This document shows positions 38,367 through 47,400 of a stretch of 64,000 nucleotides of DNA, in pieces (positions within the stretch are counted from its first letter, which is position 1; each line of letters begins with the position of its first letter). Where the stretch lies: NCBI GenBank assembly GCA_040901675.1, contig JBBDYJ010000025.1:127943-191942 (forward strand), written 5' to 3'. Source of the DNA: Pirellulales bacterium (GTDB lineage: Bacteria; Planctomycetota; Planctomycetia; Pirellulales; JAICIG01). The translations under genes and the position numbers were made by a program. The notes under the pieces are model-generated. The model did no database searches and had not been told where the DNA came from. It worked only from the letters and a program-made list of their open reading frames with translations.

Positions 38367-38877
38367 CGGTCCCCCGCCGCCCGGATCCCGCGTCTGGACG
38401 GGCGGACCGCTCACCCTCCGGCGGCAGATTGAGCCGTACCAAGTTCAGGATGTGCTCGAAGAATTCTCCGTCGACCGTAACCATATACGAGTTGACCATA
38501 AGTGACCCACCGCCTATTAGGCTGAATCTCTCAGTGACGTTGTCGTGCCGAAAAGCAGTGATCCCCATGATCGGGACCCCGCTCAAGGCACCCGGGCGGC
38601 GCGAATACGGTTCGCCCACGAACCGTAAGGATTCCGCGAGCTGCTTGCGTTGGCCACCGTCGGTGATGACAAGAGTCATGGTGCTTGGGCAGTCCGGCCT
38701 ATCGGGCAGCGTTCCTTCGAGGCGAGCGATGTCGATCTCGACTCGGTCAGCGCCAGCCAGGGCATCCCTGATGAGCTTAGCGTCAGGTGGAGCGCTCGAG
38801 CATCCCGTGCACAAAGCGATGATGTACCACAGGCCCGGCGAGCTGCCTTTCAGGTCTTTAGCCACGAGCACCACCAT
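38344..38877 (-). CDS. Hypothetical lipoprotein-like protein (candidate orphan immunity protein)
   Basis: 'YIIALCTGCSS' lipobox-like segment; directly follows the Rhs remnant. Confidence 0.55.
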   Translation of the reverse strand: MVVLVAKDLKGSSPGLWYIIALCTGCSSAPPDAKLIRDALAGADRVEIDIARLEGTLPDRPDCPSTMTLVITDGGQRKQLAESLRFVGEPYSRRPGALSGVPIMGITAFRHDNVTERFSLIGGGSLMVNSYMVTVDGEFFEHILNLVRLNLPPEGERSARPDAGSGRRGTDGTSADR

Positions 38878-38904
38878 GACGTGAAATGAAAAGACGGTAG
38901 CGCC

Positions 38905-39210
38905 CTGCGCCGCTCATGCGGTGGGCATCGAAGGTAAAGGCGGTCGAGCCCCCAAAATTGTCCGAGCGGCTGGTCCGCTCCCTGAAGGCGTTGTAGCCGT
39001 GCGCAGGACCACGTTGGGCACCCCCCGGCGTGCCGGTGTTGTCTTCGCTGGTCAGCCACCCCGCCGCATTATAGCCGAAAGCGTAGGCGGAGTAAGCATC
39101 CGAGGCGCTCGTCAACTGGCTAGCAGCGTCATGGACGTAGCTTGATGGTGTGGATCGGGTTCTGGGTTCTGCGAGGCGTCGAGCCACTGCTTGGCCGTGA
39201 CGCGGCCCCG
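38905..39210 (-). pseudogene. Short Rhs core remnant without a toxin tip
   Basis: Frameshifted homolog of parent 46150-46445 ('SYVHDAASQLTS..DAYSAYAFGYNAAGWLTSEDN.GTPG'). Confidence 0.85.
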
Positions 39211-39277
39211 CGAATATTGGACTTATCCCCTTATCCGGCCTTATCCCCTTATCCGGCTCCGTATCCCCTTATCCGGC
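39211..39277. repeat. CGAATATTGGACTTATCCCC followed by (CCTTATCCGG)-type tandem units
   Basis: Same 15-bp end as the 9273/9563 elements; near-identical block at 42552-42623. Confidence 0.9.
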
Positions 39278-39329
39278 TCGACCTGGGAGGCTGGGCAGCC
39301 TGGGCGGCCGTCGGGCGATCCATGGAGAT

Positions 39330-40469
39330 CTATTTCGTCGCCTCGCTCCGCCGGACACCGCGGCGCTTGTACAGGACGCCAATGCCGTGTGCGGCCAGTG
39401 CGCCGGCGGTGTAGACCATGCAGCCAAGGCCGAACAGAAGCGCTACGCGGACAGGCCACGGGTACCATGCCAGACGGACATATTCCGCCCACTGCCGAGG
39501 CGGCTGATTAGGCGCGCTTGGTCCAAGAAGACCTTCATTTTGCACGAAAGCGATTAGAAGACCAACGACTGCGGTCACTGCGAGAAGCGAAACGAGCCTG
39601 AACTGGAGCAGTTCTAGGGACCTGCGGGCGAATCTTTCGACCAGGCGGCCCACGCACGCCAGCATCGCGATGGAGACAGCCAGGTTTGCCGTCGCGGCAA
39701 TGGCGAATCTCATTAACTCGCCCATCCCCCGGGGTCTATAGACCAGATCCGTAAGGCGACGGCTGATTCTGCAGGGCCAACCTAACCGCTCCCAAACAAC
39801 GTGGGAGCGCGGTGAATAGCCAGCAAAATGGCACAAGGCAAGCGCCCCGCCCACCAGCAGCACGGCCAGCCATGTCATCCAGTGCAGATGGTACCAGGGC
39901 CGCTGGGCAACTCCGTGACCACTCACCCATCGCAATGCGCGCGGAATTCTCGCACCAAGCTGAACGGCGGTGTAGATTGTGCAACCAACGCCGAACAGAA
40001 GCGGGAGCCGAACAGGCCACGGATACACCTGAAGGCTCGTGTATATTAAACGAGCACGCCGCTCGGGCTCCGGACCACTCTCCCGTTGGAAAAGGAAAAT
40101 CAGGCATGCAACCGCCACAAGCAACGCCAAAAGTCTGGTAACTCCAATGCGAGGTCCACTGACTGCCTTTCGGACGGAGTTGTCCACGGCGAACCATACG
40201 CATATCAGGATCAGGATGGAAATCTTAAAGTTTCCAACGGCCGCGGCAGTATTTGGCAACGGGGCAACGCCCGCGGGGTAAAAGGTTTCACCGACACGGT
40301 ACTCAGAACGGAGCAGGTGGACCCACGGCCATCCGAGGCGCAGCTCAACCAATCCCTTGCTACCGGAATGATGCACGCCCAGGAAATGGGACCAGCCGAG
40401 TGCGCCGCCGACAGCTAGCATTGCTAGCCAAGTAGCAAGGTGCAGCCGAGAAACACGTCGTTCGCGCAT
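39330..40469 (-). CDS. Internally duplicated membrane protein (candidate immunity for the orphan Rhs tip)
   Basis: Two copies of 'LH..TWLA.L.VGGAL...RLGWP...YPWPVR..LLFG.GC..YTA'. Confidence 0.7.
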   Translation of the reverse strand: MRERRVSRLHLATWLAMLAVGGALGWSHFLGVHHSGSKGLVELRLGWPWVHLLRSEYRVGETFYPAGVAPLPNTAAAVGNFKISILILICVWFAVDNSVRKAVSGPRIGVTRLLALLVAVACLIFLFQRESGPEPERRARLIYTSLQVYPWPVRLPLLFGVGCTIYTAVQLGARIPRALRWVSGHGVAQRPWYHLHWMTWLAVLLVGGALALCHFAGYSPRSHVVWERLGWPCRISRRLTDLVYRPRGMGELMRFAIAATANLAVSIAMLACVGRLVERFARRSLELLQFRLVSLLAVTAVVGLLIAFVQNEGLLGPSAPNQPPRQWAEYVRLAWYPWPVRVALLFGLGCMVYTAGALAAHGIGVLYKRRGVRRSEATK

Positions 40470-40508
40470 CGGCGATGCGACCAGATAACGAGGAATTGGG
40501 AGGTCCTA

Positions 40509-42550
40509 CTAATCGTCGTTTATTTCGGTGTCAAGCGCGTCTGCTATGTCCGCAGCCTCGTCCGGTGATAGGGCAAGAGGCTTTGAGTGACTGGCCGCGC
40601 CACTTGGCAAGCTATTGTCTGGCGCAGTGTTGTCGTCGGCATTGCCAAGCAGGCCTGCCCAAAAAACCTCGTGAAATAGAACATTCGCGTAAATCATGTC
40701 ATAGTTATAAGCTGACACCATGGTCTGGCCGGCATTTTCCATCGCAGGTTGTATGTTACTCGGATAGATTGTAGTCGTTGTGCTTCCCGGAGGCGTATAA
40801 CCGATTGCCTGACCCAATGGATTGTTGGCCGTCATTGCCGGGGTACCAAACGTCACATACTGGCCGTATGATAAAACGCTCGCGCCCCAGATCATCCATA
40901 TATCGTGAGCAGGAGCAACTACTCCGCTATAGAAGGGATTAAAATTCCACCATCCACCCTGGATATAGTAAGAATACGTGTCCCATGTATAGCCAACGGC
41001 GAGCTGGTCTGGCGGCTTTGAGGTTACCTGAACGACGACTTGATTCGGTATCCCGGCAGCGTCGAGAATCCCTTGGAGAATCGCATCAACGGCAACGGGG
41101 TCGAAGCTCGGAGGCATAGTAGAACCATCGATGTATATATCGATGACCGGGGGGAAATCGGGATCGACGTCCAGCTCTTCAAGACCGCGAGGATCGGTGG
41201 ACGCGATAGGGTTGTTATGAACATAGCGCATCAGGTTTGGATCGCCCGCATTGAAGCCGATCGGGTCCTCGCTGGTGAAGCGGCCGACGCGGGGATCGTA
41301 CCAGCGGGCGCGATTGTGGTACTGGTCGATCGCCGCCTCCCACTCGCGGGCGGCGTACTTGAAACGGTCGCCGGTGCCGCTCTGGCTGGCAATGTTCCCG
41401 AACGAGTCGTAGTTGGCCGTGTACAACGTGCTGGTGCCCATCTTGTTCACGATCTGCCGCACCGAGCCGATGAGGTCGGGCATGTACCAGTCGACCACGC
41501 CGGAGGCCGACATCCGCCCCATGAGCTCGTCAATCCCCGCCGCGTAGAAATAGCGGTTGGTCAGCGAGCCGGCGGAGTTGAAGTCGGCATAGGGATTCGC
41601 GCCGTCGTAGGCGTGCCAGGTTTGCACGGCCGCCTGCGGCCCTGAGCCGTCGGAGTCGATCCAGCGGCCGATCAGCCGATCGAAAACGTCGTAGGTGAAG
41701 CGGGCTTCGCGGATGGTCGTGCCGCCGGAGTCCTTGACCAGCACCTTGGTGAGCCGGTTGCGATGGTCCCAGGTGAACTCGGTCCGCTGGCTGTCGGAGA
41801 TGCGGACCTGGACGGTCAGGTTCCCCTCGTTGTCGTGCGTGTAGTTGTACACGCCGTCGGTCAAAAGCCGGTTGCCCGTGCCGGTCGAATAGCCGGCCAT
41901 CGTGCGATTGCCGTTCAGGTCATAGCCGTAGGCCTCCGAGCGGGCCCCGCTCGCGCCGGTGAGCTGGCTGGTGGTGTCGTAAGAATAGTTGAGCGTCCCC
42001 TCGGGGCCGGTGTAGCTGGTGATCTCCGAGGCCGCGTTCCAGGTGTAGTCGAAGGCGCTCAGGGCGGGGTTGCCGGTCATCTGGCCTTTCGCGTAGCTCG
42101 AGTGCGCGATCCGCTTCACGCGGTCCATGTTGTCCAGCGTGATGTCGGTCCAGACCTCCGAACCCATCCCGTTGCGCGTGATCCTGGTGACGCGGTGCGC
42201 GTTGTCGTATGTCCAGGCCACCTGCGCGATGTTCGAGCCCACGCTCAGCGTGGCGCCGGTCATGCGGTGGGCCTGGTCGAACGTGAAGGCGGTCGAGCCG
42301 CCCAGATTGTCCGAGCGGCTCGTTCGCTCCCTAAAGGCGTTGTAGCCGTGCGTCAGAACCACGTTGGGCACCCCCGGCGTGCCGCTGTTGTCTTCGCTGG
42401 TCAGCCACCCCGCCGCATTATAGCTAAAAGCGTAGGCGGAAAAAGCGTCCGAGACGCTGGTCAACTGGCTGGCCGCGTCGTGGACGTAGCTGATCGTATG
42501 GATCGGTTCTTGGGCGGCGTCGAGCCGGGTCGGCTGGTGAGGCGTCCCCG
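40509..42550 (-). pseudogene. Orphan Rhs module: partial core plus a distinct C-terminal tip
   Basis: ORF 40509-42464 nearly identical to the parent core up to 'DPIG...NLMRYVHNNP...DPRGL', then unrelated lower-GC sequence; homology extends upstream to ~42550 with no real start. Confidence 0.85.
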
Positions 42551-42551
42551 C

Positions 42552-42623
42552 CGAATATTGGACTTATCCCCTTATCCGGCCCCTTATCCCCTTATCCGGC
42601 CCCTTATCCCCTTATCCGGCCCC
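42552..42623. repeat. CGAATATTGGACTTATCCCC plus 20-bp tandem units (CCCTTATCCCCTTATCCGGC)
   Basis: Directly visible. Confidence 0.9.
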
Positions 42624-43213
42624 TACGCCGTGGAACGGAAGCTGGGGGAGCAGATCGCGGGCGAGTGGCGTGAGCTGCCGCGCGGCGACCGCCACGCTCG
42701 GATAGCAGCCGTGCGGCAAGAGCAATCCCAGCCCGTGCTGGACGAGTTCTTCCCATGGCTGGAGGCCGAGGCGCCCAAGCTGCTGCCCAAGAATCCGGTC
42801 CGTCAGGCAATGGACTACGCGCTGCGGCAGCGGCTGGCCCTGTTGCGCTACTGCGAAGACGGCCGCTTGGCGATCGACAACGGCGTGGCCGAGCGGGCGC
42901 TGCGCGGGATCGCCCTGGGGAGGCGGAACTGGCTATTCTGCGGCAGCGAGCGTGGGGCGCGCGCCGCGTGCGTCTACTTCAGCCTGGCCGCCAGTTGCCT
43001 CCGGCACGAAATCGATCCGTTCGCCTACCTCCGCGATCTCTTCACGCGGATGCCGGTCCTGCTGGCCGACAGCGATGGTCGGCCTTCGGACGAACAACTT
43101 CGGCTCCTCCTGCCCGACCGCTGGCTGCCATAGCACGGTAGCCGGTCCGCCCTTCGCCAGCGTCCCGCCGGATCGGCCCGCCGACCGCCCCACGCGATCC
43201 GCCGGACGCTTAC
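42624..43213 (+). mobile_element. IS66-family remnant: 3' part of the TnpC transposase and the right end
   Basis: 'AMDYAL....L.RY..DGRLAIDNGVAERALRGIALGRRNWLFCGS', 'LLP..W' (stop at 43133); terminal GGACGCTTAC is the reverse complement of the GTAAGCG IS66 end. Confidence 0.85.
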
Positions 43214-43298
43214 GACCCAGCCGCGCGCGTTCCGCGTCACGCTCGACGTGAAGCCCAGGGGCTGGTGGTGCTCCAGAAACGGTTGCCTTAAACCGCCC

Positions 43299-43379
43299 AA
43301 AAAGTAGACTGCCCTTTCCCTTGCCCAAAAAGTAGAATGTCCCATAAAATGTCCCCTTTCCTGCTCTGTCCCCTTTCCT
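43299..43379. repeat. AAAAGTAGAATGTCCCCTTT-type repeat cluster
   Basis: Several degenerate copies of (AAGTAGAA)TGTCCCCTTTCC. Confidence 0.65.
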
Positions 43380-43383
43380 GGTC

Positions 43384-44421
43384 TTATCGTCTCCAGGATG
43401 GCAGAGCAGTGGGCCGGGGGCGATCAATCGACACCAGGTTCGGCATCACCTCCCGCAAATCCGCAATACCTTGGTCTGTTACATTCGTGCCCTGGAGGTA
43501 CAAAAACCGTAGACTGGACCGCTCTGATTCGGATATTAAATAGATCGCGCCCAGATCGCCAACCGCGGTATTCTTCAGATTCAGGTCCGTGAGAGCCGGC
43601 AGGGCGCCTATAACAAGCAAACTCTCGTCCGAGATTCGCGTGCCGTCGAGAAAAAGAACGGACAACCGCTGCAGCCCGGCCAAATACTGCACTCCAGCGT
43701 CCGAAACGGCGGTCTCCGACAAATACAACTTTTCTAGACTAGGAAGGCGGGAGACTGCTTGAATTCCCGAGTCGCCGATGCGGGTTCTCGACAAGTCAAG
43801 AGTCTTAAGACGTGTCAGCCCCTTTAAGTGGACCAGGCCCCCATCGGTGACGTCGGTGTCTTTGAGGTTCAAATTCGTGATGTTCGTGAGACCGCCAAGG
43901 TGCTTAAGTCCACGGTCGCCGATAGCGCATCCCGGCAGACTCAAAAAGCTAAGGCGAGCTAGGCCCCTCAAGTGGACGAGCCCGTCGTCGGTAATGCTGC
44001 TTCCACCCAGCCATAACGCTGAAAGGCTTGTGAGGCCTTCGACGTGTCGCATTTCGTCATCACTGGCTGCTGTCTCACCCAGACGCAGGTCATACAGGCC
44101 TGGCAAATCGCGAAGCCGACGCAGCAAGTCCTTATCAAAGTGTGTCCCGGACAGGGTGACAGACGTGACTTTGTCAAACGCGCTCGCAAAGCGCCGTCCG
44201 AAAAACTTTTCCGCCCACGGCTGGACCCCCGGTTGGACGACTGCTTTCCCTCCAGCGGCAGTAATCCGCCTGGCAATGTCGGACTCGACACGACCTCTTT
44301 GAAGACGCGCTGCCAGAACTGCCAGCACAACGGCAATAGGGAGCAGCACCGCAAAAAGCGCCCTAAGTCCAAACCTAGGGCGCAGCCAGTTCCTGCCGCC
44401 CTGCAATCGAGTCATTGCCAT
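43384..44421 (-). CDS. Leucine-rich-repeat protein with an N-terminal membrane anchor (candidate Rhs immunity protein)
   Basis: ~24-aa repeats 'L..L.L..T.(I/V).D.GL.HL'; 'PRFGLRALF' anchor; ATG 4 bp after the Rhs stop. Confidence 0.85.
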   Translation of the reverse strand: MAMTRLQGGRNWLRPRFGLRALFAVLLPIAVVLAVLAARLQRGRVESDIARRITAAGGKAVVQPGVQPWAEKFFGRRFASAFDKVTSVTLSGTHFDKDLLRRLRDLPGLYDLRLGETAASDDEMRHVEGLTSLSALWLGGSSITDDGLVHLRGLARLSFLSLPGCAIGDRGLKHLGGLTNITNLNLKDTDVTDGGLVHLKGLTRLKTLDLSRTRIGDSGIQAVSRLPSLEKLYLSETAVSDAGVQYLAGLQRLSVLFLDGTRISDESLLVIGALPALTDLNLKNTAVGDLGAIYLISESERSSLRFLYLQGTNVTDQGIADLREVMPNLVSIDRPRPTALPSWRR

Positions 44422-44425
44422 TACG

Positions 44426-47400
44426 TTACTCAGGCCACAGGTCATATACCTGGACCGGGTCAGGTAAAAGTGAAGGCATCTCGATCTCGTAAGTGTAAAA
44501 CGGATTGGGCGGTGCAGACACACCCGTCTGTGCATCAGGCAATGCATCAGCGGCACCGTGGCCGAACATGTTCAAAAACGCCTCGTACCTTGCCTGCTCA
44601 TCAGGGTTTAACATGTTAGCCGCCGGAAGCGGTTGGCCGTCGTAGTCATTCCTGGGATTGACGCCCAAGGCGGCCCGCACTTCATTCTCCACCAACGTCA
44701 CGTTTGTGCCCGATGGATTCTCCGGCGTCGGATCACTCAGCGCCAGATCATGCAAGGCGTGCCCGAGTTCATGGCATATGACAATCATCGCCCCGATGTC
44801 TGGATTCATAATTCCGGCGCCCGTGAAGAAAGTGGACCCCTGCGGCATATAATCCTGCGTATCGGGGTTGAGCCTGATAGTCAACGGACCATGTCCACCG
44901 GGCACCATCGCCGGGGCGCCTGGAATCCATAGGACCCTGATCGTCAGATAATCGGACAATGCAACGGAGGCCAGATAGCTGGGCAGGTTGTCGCCCTCTG
45001 CCATTTGTTCCAGCAGGTCCTCGAAGCGGTCCCGGTGAGGCCCTTCTTCCCCGACATGAAGAATCTCGAGACCAGTCGGATCCGTACGGTTCGTCGAGCT
45101 ATTGCCCACATAGCGGAACAGGTTTGGATCATTGGCCGCGAACCCGATCGGATCCTCGGACGTGAACCGCCCCGTGTCGGGGTCGTACCAGCGGGCGCGA
45201 TTGTGGTACTGGTCAATCGCCGCCTCGTACTCGCGGCCGGCGTACTTGAAGCGGTCGCCGGTGCCGGTCTGGCTGGCGATGTTTCCAAACGAGTCGTAGC
45301 TCGCGGCGTGCAGCACGCTGGTGCCCATCTTGTTCACGATCTGCCGCACGGACCCGATCAGGTCGGTCATGTACCAGTCCACCGCGCCGGCCGAAGACAT
45401 CCGGCCCAAGAGCGCGTCGATTGCCGGCCCATACAAATAGCGGTTCGTCAGCGAGCCGGCGGAGTTGAAGTCGGCGTAGGGATTGTCGCCATCATAGGCG
45501 TGCCAGGTCTGCACGCCCGCCTGCGGCCCCGCGCCATCCATATCGACCCAGCGGCCGATCAAGCGATCGAATACGTCATAGGTAAAGCGGGCTTCCCGGA
45601 TGGTTGTGCCGCCGGAGTCCTTGATAAGCACCTTGGTCAGCCGGTTGCGATGGTCCCAGGTGAACTCGGTGCGCTCGCCGTCGGAGATGCGGACCTGGAC
45701 GGTCAGGTTCCCCTCGTTGTCGTGCGTGTAGTTGTACACGCCGTCGGTCAAAAGCCGGTTGCCCGTGCCGGTCGAATAGCCGGCCATCGTGCGGTTGCCG
45801 TTGAGATCGTAGGAGTAGGCCTCCGCGCGGGCCCCGCTGGTGCCGGTGAGCTGGCTGGTCGTGTCGTAGGAATAGTTGAGCGTGCCTTCGGGGCCGGTGT
45901 AGTTGGTGATCTCCGAGGCGGCGTTCCAGGTGTAGTCGAAGGCGTGCAAGGGCGGTTGGCCCATCATCTGGCCCTGGTAGCTGAAGTGCGCGATCCGCTT
46001 GACCCGGTCCATGTTGTCCAGCGTGAACGTGGTCCCGACGTCCCCGGACATTCCGGGCATTGCGCCATTGCGCGTGATGCGCGTCAAACGGTCCGCGTTG
46101 TCGTACGTCCAGGCCACCTGCGCCGTGTTGGTGCCCACGGTCAGCGTGGCGCCGGTCATGCGGTGCGCCTGGTCGAAGGTGAAGGCCGTCGAGCCGCCGA
46201 GATTGTCGGCGCGGCTGGTCCGCTCGCCGAACGCGTTGTAGCCGTGCGTGAGGACCACGTTGGGCACCCCCGGCGTGCCGCTGTTGTCTTTGCTAGTCAG
46301 CCAGCCGGCATCATTATAGCCGAAAGCGTACGAGGAATAGGCGTCCGAGACGCTGGTCAACTGGCTGGCCGCGTCGTGGACGTAGCTGATCGTGTGGATC
46401 GGGGTCTGGGCGGCGTCGAGCCACTCCTCGGCCGTGACCCGGCCCACGTTGTCGCGGGCGAAGGTCCGCTCGCGGCCGTTGCGGTCCGTCACGCTGGTCA
46501 GCTCGTCGGCGCCGTTATATACAAAAGTGCGCGCGAAATTAAGCGCATTCGATTCCGAGATGACGCGATCGGCATCGTCGTGCGTCCAGGTCGTGGTGTT
46601 ATTGACCGGGTCGGTCAACTCGGTCCTACGCCCAGCCAGGTCGAAGGTCACGCGCGTCACCCCGCCCATGGCATCGAGCACCTCGATGCCCCGATCCTGC
46701 GCGTCAAAGGTCGTGGTAGTTGTTCTGTTCAGCGCATCCACGACCGACGTTCGGTTTAGTGCCAGATCGTAACCGAAGGTGGTCACCGAGGGCAGCAGTG
46801 GATTCGAGGGGCCGTCAGGGTCAGGGGTCGTGACGGTGGCAACCTGGTCACGCGCCGTGTAGGTAAATGACGTCTGAAAACCAAGGGCGTTCGTTTTTGT
46901 CAAAACTCTGCTCGCAGCGTCAAACGTGAAACTGGTGGTGTGGGACAACTGGTCCGTGTACATGACCATCCTGTCCAATTCGTCGAAAAAATATCCCCTC
47001 ATGCCGGGCGTCATTCCGCCCGGCCCGCTTTCCACCCGCTGGATGACATTGCCGTTGGCATCGTATCCCGCCCCCCGCTCATTCCCCATGGCATCGACGA
47101 CCAGCGAGACCCATCCGCGCGGGTGATATTGCGTCGTGGTGGTCCGGTTCAATGGATCCGTCAGCCCAGTTTGCTGCGAAGCGGCGTCGAACGACCTCGT
47201 GATGACTGGCGCCAAAAGCGGCCCAGAGGGGCCATCCGGATCGGGTAGCGTGATTGTGGTGTTCCTCAAGGCCGGATCCCATCCCAGCGACGTGACCCTG
47301 CCCATCGGATCTTCCACAGCCTCGAGCTCTCCGGCCGCGCCCCACACAAGCTCGGTCATGTTGTTCAGCGCGTCCGCCTCCGTCAGGATGCGGTTCATGC

